The notes under the pieces: model-generated
Told to the model about the DNA's origin: nothing
The model's database searches: none
Seen by the model: only the letters and a program-made list of their open reading frames with translations
DNA from: Candidatus Omnitrophota bacterium
Lineage (GTDB): Bacteria; Omnitrophota; Gorgyraeia; Zapsychrales; Zapsychraceae
Assembly (NCBI GenBank): GCA_015233495.1
Contig: JADFXQ010000005.1
Location: forward strand, 3,066-67,065
Direction: 5' to 3'
DNA: 64,000 nucleotides
Made by a program: the position numbers and the translations under genes
In this document: in pieces, positions 19,892 to 27,279 of the stretch
Layout of the letters: the number at the start of each line of letters is the position of its first letter
How positions within the stretch are numbered: the first letter of the stretch is position 1

Positions 19892-20623
19892 TCAAAAATT
19901 GATTTTCAACCAGTCCAGGCAAATTTTTAAAAAAACGTCCGGTTGATCGTCGAACAATTTTTCCGCGTGGCCGCCTTTTTCGATAATCTCAATTTGTTTG
20001 GGCTGCTTGGCTTTCTCGAATAATTCCCGGCTGTGGTGAACGTGGATCAGCCAGTCGTCACTGCCGTGAATAAACAATACCGGGCGCGGCGCGATTTTGT
20101 CGACAATGTTGATCGGCGAGGTTTTGGGGCTGAACGGGTTTCCGGGACGCACGCCCTTTCCCCGGCCCTTATGTCCCAGATTTAATTTTAAATCCTCCCA
20201 CATCCCCGGTTCCCAAAAATGATAGTCGATTTTCCAGAAATCCGACGGGGAACTGACCGCGATTACGGTTTTGATATCCGGGTTTTGCGCGGCGGTGATC
20301 AGGCTGATGGCTGCCCCGAGGGAAAAACCAATCACGCCCACAGCTTCATATTTGAAAGTTTTAACATATTCCAGAACAGCTTGTAAATCCGCGGTCTCGG
20401 CGGATGTCCAGCAAAAAAAGCCGGAACTTTTGCCATGACCGCGAAAATCAAACAAAACCACATCATATTCAGGGCTGAATTCTTTGGCCATTTCCTTAAA
20501 CAGATGCACGTCTTTGTTATTAAAAAATCCGTGGGCCAAAATCAAAACTTTCTTGTGCTCATTTTGATAATGGAGCGCGGCGATCCGTTGGTGATCCGAA
20601 GTTTTTAAAAATAATTTATGCAT
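19892..20623 (-). CDS. alpha/beta hydrolase (esterase/lipase-like)
   Basis: HGF oxyanion region, GFSLGAA nucleophile elbow and a catalytic His near the C-terminus. Confidence 0.75.
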   Translation of the reverse strand: MHKLFLKTSDHQRIAALHYQNEHKKVLILAHGFFNNKDVHLFKEMAKEFSPEYDVVLFDFRGHGKSSGFFCWTSAETADLQAVLEYVKTFKYEAVGVIGFSLGAAISLITAAQNPDIKTVIAVSSPSDFWKIDYHFWEPGMWEDLKLNLGHKGRGKGVRPGNPFSPKTSPINIVDKIAPRPVLFIHGSDDWLIHVHHSRELFEKAKQPKQIEIIEKGGHAEKLFDDQPDVFLKICLDWLKINF

Positions 20624-20644
20624 TTGTTGCCTTTTGTCCGGTGT

Positions 20645-20709
20645 TGTCGGGGCGCCTATTGTGGGCGCCCGTTGTTCGGCCGCGCCAGATTGACGGGCGC
20701 CCCTACGAC
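20645..20709. repeat. GC-rich palindromic element, copy B: GGGGCGCC-TATT-GTGGGCGCCCGTTGTTCGGCCGCGCCAGATTGACGGGCGCCCCTAC
   Basis: Shares the 44-nt core with copies C and D. Confidence 0.9.
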
Positions 20710-20758
20710 TAGGATTATAAATACGCTAATGTTTAACCAGCATAATGTCCGGTATTTG

Positions 20759-23700
20759 TTAAACATTGGTCAATTCTATGGCCAAGGTTTTCACTTTTTT
20801 AAGATCAACCTTTCCCGTTCCCAGCATCGGGATCGCGTCTACCCGGACAAAACTGTCGGATTTCGGGATCCATAAATTCGGCAAACCTTTTTGGGATAAT
20901 TTTTCCGACAGGCCGGCGATATCCAAGTCAACAGCATGCAAGACAATCAGCCGCTCCCCTTTTTTTTCATCCGGCACAGACGTTACCGCAATCACCGGAT
21001 CAACCGCGCCGATCGCCTCCAGAATATTTTCTTCCACCTTGATATGCGGCACCATTTCGCCGCCGATTTTGCTGAACCGGCTCAACCGGTCCGTAATTTT
21101 GATAAACCCGTCCTCGTCAATGGCCGCGATATCGCCGGTCACATACCACCCGTCTTTAATCACTTCCGCGGTCTTAGCCGGATTGTTGAGATAACCCTTC
21201 ATCACATTCGCGCCTTTGACCAAAAGCAGACCCGGTTCATCCGGCCCTTTTGCTTCCCCAGTGTCAGGATCAACCACCTTGACAGCCACGCCGGGGATCG
21301 GATGCCCGACCTTGCCGAATTTATGTCCAACCTGACGCTCCATAGCCGCGTCATTCACATAATCCGGAAATCCGACCGTCACAATCGGCGACAATTCCGT
21401 AGCGCCATAACCTTCAAACGGAGTGACGCCGAATTTTTCGTGAAACGCGGTCGCGAGCGGCTCTTTTAATTTTTCCGCGCCGACAACCGCGAGCCGTAAA
21501 TGGCCGAATTGTTCCGGCGTGCATTTTTTGATATACGCGGACATAAAAGTCGGCGTGCCCATCAAAATCGTTCCCTTATACTTCGCGGCCAGTTTGCCGA
21601 TCGTCCCCGCATCTAACGGGTTTGTATGATAAACAACGCCGACTGCGGTTCCGACCGGGAAGCACATCGTTGCCGTGAATCCAAACGAATGAAAAAACGG
21701 CAAAGCCGCGATCACGACATCGTTTTTCTGAATATTAAAGATCTGATAAAAACTTTCGATATTGGAAAAAATATTGGCATGAGTGAGCTGTACGCCTTTG
21801 GGCTCCCCGGTAGATCCGCTCGAAAAAATAATAGTCGCGGTTTCATGTACATCGGTCTGATCCCCCCGGACATATAAAACGCGCAACAGCCATTTCGGCA
21901 AAACCAAACCGGAGACAAAATACAGCCTGGTCAAAACCGGATTGATTTCTTTTTTGATATCTTCGGCAAAAATCATCTGGGGCAGAGCCGCGATCCCGGT
22001 TTTTTCCAAAAACGCCCGCGAAGTCACAATGCGCCGCATATCGCATTGTTTAACGCAAGACGCGAAAGCGTCGGCGGACAATGTGAAATTTAGATTCACC
22101 GGAACTTTGCCGGCAAAGGCAATGGCCAGATTAGCGATCACCGCGAAACAAGACGAAGGCAACAAGACCCCCACTTTTTCCTTTTCGTAGGGGCGCCCCT
22201 CGCCTGCCCCGGCCGCTTTGTTTTGCGAAGCAAAACAGCCGGTGTGGGCGCCCGTTGTTCGGCCGCGCCAGATTGACGGGCGCCCACAAGCTTGTCTGCC
22301 GAAGGCAGGGGACGCCCCTACAGAATCGCTTGCAAAAATTATTTTGGACAACGCCACAGCCGCGGCAAATGTCTTGCCATAAGTGATCTTTCCGCCCAAA
22401 GAATCAGCCATGGAAAATTTGAAAAAATGACGTTTTACCTCATCAATAAACGCCAGATGCAATTTTTTGCGCCACGCGCCGCGCAGGATATTGGCCTCTG
22501 CCCCCAATTCCTGAACAGCCTGGCGGACCTGAGGCGCTTTGACGTCCGGCGCCAAAGGTTTGCCGAATACGATCGAAACCGGATACAAAGTCAACCGCGG
22601 CATTTTCCAAATATATTTGCCGTTGGCATAACTGTAAATACTGCCCCAAACATTATCCAGGTACAACGGAATGATCGGCGCGTTCAAGCCTTTCATAATA
22701 TGCTCAAACCCGCGGTTAAACGGCAGCATATTGCCGGTGCGCGTCAAATGACCTTCCGGAAAAATACAGACGAGTTCGCCGTTCTGAATCGCTTCCCGCG
22801 CGGTGGTCAAGGCGCGGACAACCGCTTTCGGCCCGCCCTCCCGGTCGATCGGAATGACTTTCATAATGCGGCAGAGCGTGTTGATAACCGGCAATTCATA
22901 CATATCCTGCGCCATGATAAACCGGACCGGACGTTTTAAAGCGGCCAGCACCAATGCTCCGTCGATAAATGAGATGTGATTCGCGGTGAGAAGCGCGCCG
23001 CCCTGATTCGGCACATTGTGACTGCCGACCACGCGCAGCCTATACACCGTGTGCGCGGTTAGCCACGTTAAAAGCCGGACGAGCGCGCTGGGCAGGGTCA
23101 TCAGGATATAAATCGTTGTGAAGAAAGTCAGGCCGGAGACCATTAAAAAAATTTTATCCGCCCGTATGCCCAACTGACCGCTCACAATCCAGAGAAACGC
23201 GCCCGCGGCGAGCGAGCCGATCGACGTGACAATATTCAAAACGGACAAATATTGGCCGCGGTTTTCTTCCGGGCTCCAGCGTTGGAAAAAAGCGTTTAAC
23301 GGAACCGTATAAAAGCCGGCGCAAATTCCCAGAATGAACAGAATAAGCAAGGCAGAGAAGAAATTTCCGCCGCATCCCAATAAAAAAGCCATGACTGTGA
23401 TCCCGGCCGCGCCTAACGGCACCAATCCCAATTCCACCTTGCCTTCGGACGCCATAGCCGCGAGCACGCTTCCCCCGGCGATGCCTAAGGATACCGCGAC
23501 GAGAAGAAAACTGATTTGATCCTGGGCCAAGTGAATGATATGCGAGCCGTAGATCAAAATATTCATTTGAAACACCGCGCCGATAAAGGAAAAATACGCC
23601 AAGGCCAACATGGTGAGAAAAAGTCCGTTGTCTTTGCGGATTCCTTTCCAGGCGGACAATGCGCCGGCCCAGAAATTTTGCGGTTGCGCCGGGATTGACT

Positions 23701-24298
23701 TAAGGGTGGGCTGAATCAAAAAACTCGCGGCAAATCCCAAGAGCACTAAAAAAGCCATTAACAGCCCGACGACTGACAAATGTTGTTGAAAAATTTTGTA
23801 TAAAATACCGCCCGCAGCTGTCCCCAAAATGATCCCGGTGAATGTCCAGAGCTGAAGATAACCGTTGCCCTTGGACAAATCCTCCTCGCTCAACATCTCC
23901 GGCAAAATGCCGTATTTGGCCGGCGAGAAAAGCGCGCTTTCAATCATGAACAACAATAAAGTCCCGCACAACAGCCAGAGGTTCCCTATATAAAGAGCGC
24001 CGGCCGCACCCAGCGCCAGCCCCACCTTGACCGCGCTCATGACAATGATGATGGATCGCTTAGAAAAACGGTCCGCCAAAAAACCGGCATAAGGAGAAAA
24101 AACAACAAACGGCAGGATAAACAAAAAACCGACAACACTCACAAACCGGCTGGCCGCTTCGGCCGAAGTCAAAATCTGAATCGCATAAAGCGAAACCACC
24201 ACCTTCAACAAATTATCACTAAACGCGCCAACAAACTGGGCAGTCAGCAAGGCCTTGAAAGAAATTGATCGACAATTTTCGCGCATATCGTCCCTCAA
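20759..24298 (-). CDS. fusion protein: LplT-like MFS lysophospholipid transporter / PlsC-type acyltransferase / acyl-ACP synthetase (Aas-like)
   Basis: About 12 N-terminal TM segments of MFS type. Acyltransferase HISFIDG and FPEGHLTRTG motifs. AMP-binding SSGSTGEPKG and GYGATE motifs. One continuous 1179-codon frame. Confidence 0.8.
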   Translation of the reverse strand: MRDDMRENCRSISFKALLTAQFVGAFSDNLLKVVVSLYAIQILTSAEAASRFVSVVGFLFILPFVVFSPYAGFLADRFSKRSIIIVMSAVKVGLALGAAGALYIGNLWLLCGTLLLFMIESALFSPAKYGILPEMLSEEDLSKGNGYLQLWTFTGIILGTAAGGILYKIFQQHLSVVGLLMAFLVLLGFAASFLIQPTLKSIPAQPQNFWAGALSAWKGIRKDNGLFLTMLALAYFSFIGAVFQMNILIYGSHIIHLAQDQISFLLVAVSLGIAGGSVLAAMASEGKVELGLVPLGAAGITVMAFLLGCGGNFFSALLILFILGICAGFYTVPLNAFFQRWSPEENRGQYLSVLNIVTSIGSLAAGAFLWIVSGQLGIRADKIFLMVSGLTFFTTIYILMTLPSALVRLLTWLTAHTVYRLRVVGSHNVPNQGGALLTANHISFIDGALVLAALKRPVRFIMAQDMYELPVINTLCRIMKVIPIDREGGPKAVVRALTTAREAIQNGELVCIFPEGHLTRTGNMLPFNRGFEHIMKGLNAPIIPLYLDNVWGSIYSYANGKYIWKMPRLTLYPVSIVFGKPLAPDVKAPQVRQAVQELGAEANILRGAWRKKLHLAFIDEVKRHFFKFSMADSLGGKITYGKTFAAAVALSKIIFASDSVGASPAFGRQACGRPSIWRGRTTGAHTGCFASQNKAAGAGEGRPYEKEKVGVLLPSSCFAVIANLAIAFAGKVPVNLNFTLSADAFASCVKQCDMRRIVTSRAFLEKTGIAALPQMIFAEDIKKEINPVLTRLYFVSGLVLPKWLLRVLYVRGDQTDVHETATIIFSSGSTGEPKGVQLTHANIFSNIESFYQIFNIQKNDVVIAALPFFHSFGFTATMCFPVGTAVGVVYHTNPLDAGTIGKLAAKYKGTILMGTPTFMSAYIKKCTPEQFGHLRLAVVGAEKLKEPLATAFHEKFGVTPFEGYGATELSPIVTVGFPDYVNDAAMERQVGHKFGKVGHPIPGVAVKVVDPDTGEAKGPDEPGLLLVKGANVMKGYLNNPAKTAEVIKDGWYVTGDIAAIDEDGFIKITDRLSRFSKIGGEMVPHIKVEENILEAIGAVDPVIAVTSVPDEKKGERLIVLHAVDLDIAGLSEKLSQKGLPNLWIPKSDSFVRVDAIPMLGTGKVDLKKVKTLAIELTNV
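22187..22321. repeat. GC-rich palindromic element, copy C (135 bp, longest form with extra terminal and internal hairpins), inserted in frame inside the aas/lplT gene
   Basis: Runs GTAGGGGCGCCCCT...AGGGGACGCCCCTAC and contains the 44-nt core plus a CTTTGTTTTGCGAAGCAAAACAG hairpin. Length is 135 bp, which is 45 codons, and it is translated as VGASPAFGRQACGRPSIWRGRTTGAHTGCFASQNKAAGAGEGRPY. Confidence 0.9.
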
Positions 24299-24321
24299 TT
24301 GTATAAGAAAAATATTCCTGA

Positions 24322-24414
24322 AAACGCCCCTCGCCCACCACGTATGCCATTTTTTGTGGGGCGCCCATCGTGGGCGCCCGTTACGAGGCCGCGCCAGAAC
24401 GACGGGCGCCCCTA
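24322..24414. repeat. GC-rich palindromic element, copy D
   Basis: Runs ACGCCCCTCGCCCACC...GTGGGGCGCCCATCGTGGGCGCCCGTTACGAGGCCGCGCCAGAACGACGGGCGCCCCTAT. Lies immediately upstream of the aas/lplT start. Confidence 0.85.
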
Positions 24415-24470
24415 TCCGATAATTATAACTTTATCATATTCAAGTTAGTCGAGAATAATCAATTTTTATT

Positions 24471-24620
24471 TAGTGATACAAAGACACATAATAAGTATTG
24501 TTAGAAACATATCCGCTATAAGCAATATTTTTAAAAGACAAAAACATCTGCCCCCAACCGACCAACAAACACCCGGCCACGAAACCTATCAACAGTAAAT
24601 TTTTAATTATTTTTTTCATG
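24471..24620 (-). CDS. small putative lipoprotein (49 aa), not in the ORF track
   Basis: Manual translation gives MKKIIKNLLLIGFVAGCLLVGWGQMFLSFKNIAYSGYVSNNTYYVSLYH. The signal peptide carries a VAGC lipobox-like motif. A GGAGG ribosome-binding site lies 5 nt upstream of the ATG. Confidence 0.45.
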
Positions 24621-24634
24621 CCCGCCTCCTTAAT

Positions 24635-24652
24635 TAGTTGATACATCAACTA
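24635..24652. promoter_or_regulatory. operator-like palindrome TAGTTGA-TACA-TCAACTA (candidate MarR binding site)
   Basis: 7-bp perfect inverted arms. A second copy with a different 4-nt spacer lies upstream of marR. Confidence 0.45.
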
Positions 24653-24667
24653 TATAATCAAAAAAAA

Positions 24668-25138
24668 TTAATTTCCCAAACCGACCAGCCATTTTTTAAA
24701 AATCCCAGCCAGATTCTTTTGATCGTCGGAAGACAATTTATTCATCAAGGTTCTCATTTCCTTGACATATCCCGGCCAAACCGAGTCTAAAATTTGCGAC
24801 CCCTTTTTTGAGATCCGCACCACCTTCACCCGCCGGTCTTCCAAGCGTCCGGCGCGCTCAATCAATTTCTCCCGCTCCAGCTTATCCAGAACCCGCGTCA
24901 TGTTCGAAGCCGTAACCAACAACCGCTGACCAATCTCCCGCTGGCTCAACCCCTCCGCGCCGCCCTGATGTTTAATCACCATGAGCACATTCATCTTGGC
25001 CGGCGTCAAATCAAACCGATCCAAATATTTGGAAATCCGGTCAAACAACAAAGTATAAACAAGGACGAACTGATAAAACGCCTCCTCATCATATCGCCCT
25101 TTCCCGGTTTCCACCCCAAAAGCATCCAAATTATTCAT
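24668..25138 (-). CDS. MarR family transcriptional regulator
   Basis: 156 aa with a winged HTH (LSQREIGQRLLVTASNMTRVLDKLEREKLIER). Confidence 0.8.
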   Translation of the reverse strand: MNNLDAFGVETGKGRYDEEAFYQFVLVYTLLFDRISKYLDRFDLTPAKMNVLMVIKHQGGAEGLSQREIGQRLLVTASNMTRVLDKLEREKLIERAGRLEDRRVKVVRISKKGSQILDSVWPGYVKEMRTLMNKLSSDDQKNLAGIFKKWLVGLGN

Positions 25139-25176
25139 CGCCCTTCTCCTCTTTCTAAAACAAGATTACCATGAAA

Positions 25177-25194
25177 TAGTTGACCTATCAACTA
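25177..25194. promoter_or_regulatory. operator-like palindrome TAGTTGA-CCTA-TCAACTA, 39 bp upstream of the marR start
   Basis: Direct reading. The half-sites are the same as at 24635..24652. Confidence 0.45.
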
Positions 25195-25216
25195 TATTTC
25201 TAAAAAAATTTTCAGG

Positions 25217-25474
25217 TTAAAAAATTTTGTTTACCTTCTCTAAAAGATCATAAAGCGTTTCCGGAGCAATGTCCGCGTCATTTGGCCAAGCGATTGTCCC
25301 GCCTTCAATCCGCGCCGCTGAAAAAATTTTTTTATTTTTAAGCGGCGCAAAAATACCCGGTCGGTTTAAATAGGAAGAGAAATCAATATCGCCTTCTTTG
25401 CCGTCATCAAACACAATATGGTAAATATAATCACCGATATATCGAATTTGTGTGACTTCGTTGAGTTTCCACAT
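25217..25474 (-). CDS. DUF2442 domain protein
   Basis: 85 aa. The pattern (IYHIVFDDGKEGDIDFSSYL...G..F.PL) is typical of DUF2442. Paired with the DUF4160 gene upstream. Confidence 0.6.
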   Translation of the reverse strand: MWKLNEVTQIRYIGDYIYHIVFDDGKEGDIDFSSYLNRPGIFAPLKNKKIFSAARIEGGTIAWPNDADIAPETLYDLLEKVNKIF

Positions 25475-25482
25475 AATGATCC

Positions 25483-25743
25483 CTACTCTAAAGGGGTAAT
25501 CTTTTTAACGTCTTTTTCAGCTCGAGCTAACTCCCAATCGTCCAAGAGTTCGGCTTGATGCAAATCAATCCAATCACGTACGAGTTTCAGAGCTGTTTTG
25601 GAACCTAAATCACCTATAATAATATTACCACGAAAATCAATTTTTGCCTTCTTTTCACCAAATGCGGCGTGCAGATGCGGTGGGTTGTGATCGTCATAAT
25701 ACATCCGTATGACGATTCCAAAAAAGCGGCTGATTTCCGGCAT
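25483..25743 (-). CDS. DUF4160 domain protein
   Basis: MPEISRFFGIVIRMYYDDHNPPHLH is typical of DUF4160. Start moved to ATG at 25743, because the N-terminal extension in the track is the translated tRNA gene. Confidence 0.6.
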   Translation of the reverse strand: MPEISRFFGIVIRMYYDDHNPPHLHAAFGEKKAKIDFRGNIIIGDLGSKTALKLVRDWIDLHQAELLDDWELARAEKDVKKITPLE

Positions 25744-25778
25744 GAATTTCTCCTTGCTTTTCCGTGGAGAAATAAAAG

Positions 25779-25851
25779 TGGGCCATGCAGGACTCGAACC
25801 TGCCACCCTTTGATTAAGAGTCAAATGCTCTACCAGATGAGCTAATGGCCC
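25779..25851 (-). tRNA. tRNA-Lys (anticodon CUU)
   Basis: Manual cloverleaf: acceptor stem GGGCCAT/ATGGCCC, D-stem GCTC/GAGC, anticodon stem TTTGA/TCAAA with loop CTCTTAA, T-arm GCAGG-TTCGAGT-CCTGC, discriminator A. CCA is not encoded. Confidence 0.85.
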
Positions 25852-25874
25852 AACGTGTCTTAAAATCTGTATTG

Positions 25875-26864
25875 TCAATTGTTTGCGTAAACGCGATTGT
25901 CATAACGTTCTCGCAAATCCGGCAAATGTGCTAAAAATGTGCTATTTTTTTCCGCGACTTCGCCGGTGTTTGTTTCAGAATCGACATTATACATAACATC
26001 TTCTTTTTTTCCAGGTATTTTTCTGCCGATTTTTTGGATCGCGTTTTTCAGCACATCCGCGCTCAAATGCGCGTAGCGTTGCGTCATAACCGGTGAAGTA
26101 TGCCCGAGCAATTTCTGGACGACATAAAGGTCAACGCCATCCCGCACCAATTGGGAAGCAAACGTGTGCCGCAGGCCATGAAAGTGAAAATCCTTCAGCT
26201 TCGCTTTCACGACGGCGCGTTGATACGCGTTTTTCATACTCCCCTGAGGTTTGTTCGTTTTCGGATTAAAGAAAATATAATCCGTGGCCTTTTGCCGCGG
26301 CATTTTCATGAGTTCCTGCTTCACGAATTCATTTAACGGAATCCAGCGCGACTTTTTGCTTTTCGTTAAGGATTCGTGAATAAAGATCATGTCGTGCTCT
26401 AAATCCACATAATTACTTTCAGGAGCGCGCCGCCACTTCAAATTCGCGATCTCACTCCAACGCATACCGGTCCGCAAAGCGATCAGAACCACGAGTCGAG
26501 TGAGGCCGTTGCATTACGACAAAAGCCGATTTTGCTCTTCTTCATTCAACCATCGACAGCGTTCATTGTTCTCGGCTAATCTTTTGATTACCCGGATCTG
26601 ATTGTTGCTGACAATCCCCCACTCAATCGCGCGGTTAAACATACATTTGATTGCCGCTAAAGAGCGATTGACGGATGAAGGGCTGACCTTATCCAGCCGC
26701 GCGGCCATGTATTCCCGGATATCCAACGCTGATATCTGATGTAAATATCGATTTTGAAAATGACGCGCGAGATTTTTGATCAGACACGTTTGCGTGGATA
26801 CGCTTTTATTCTCTACGCGGACGTAGGCGTCCAAATATTTTTCACTAAAATCTTCAAACGCCAT
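25875..26864 (-). pseudogene. tyrosine recombinase/phage-type integrase, frameshifted (N-terminal SAM-like domain 26514..26864, catalytic domain 25875..26492)
   Basis: Catalytic R (LRTGMRWSEI), HxxR (HGLRHTFA) and the Tyr motif (TQRYAHL) are in the downstream ORF. The N-terminal core-binding domain is in a separate frame. The two ORFs are 21 nt apart. Confidence 0.65.
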
Positions 26865-26983
26865 GTTACAACGGATGGCACTGTGACCACTTCCATTGAA
26901 GGCGGCCGGTGATAAAAATTACGCTGGTTCCGATGACACACACTTTATTCTTCAAGTTGTTTATTTCCAAGCGCAATTTTATA

Positions 26984-27055
26984 AAATCCCGGGGTCCTGC
27001 AGAATCGCAGGTCATCAAAAAGCGCGGGCCGCCTTTTGATGGCACCCCGGGATTT
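26984..27055. repeat. 72-nt nested-hairpin element (AAATCCCGGGGT...ACCCCGGGATTT arms, inner CCTGC/GCAGG and TCATCAAAAAG/CTTTTGATGG stems) upstream of the integrase remnant
   Basis: Direct reading. The flanks are AT-rich and non-coding. Confidence 0.5.
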
Positions 27056-27279
27056 AGAATCTTAAAACAGAATCAGATCCCAATAATTATTGTAATAAAA
27101 TGAAAGATTTAGTCGATGTAAGGATTCCCTCATCAATTGACTAGTTTTCACTTATATTTATTACCCGGGAAATCCATTGAATGCGATAAAGCTCATGAAT
27201 ATCCGAATGAATTTCGCGTCTTCGACGATAAATTGCAGTTAAGACGTCGAGCGCATAAGAAAAATAGTTGCGCGGGAGT

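Noticed and set aside
19419-19922. 167-aa ORF rich in R/A/P/G overlapping repeat copy A
   Set aside because: It is a translation of the GC-rich palindromic element and of the opposite strand of the hexapeptide transferase start region. Its composition is not protein-like.
25744-25878. N-terminal extension of the ORF 25483..25878
   Set aside because: The extension is the translated tRNA-Lys gene. The real protein is DUF4160, and it starts at the ATG at 25743.
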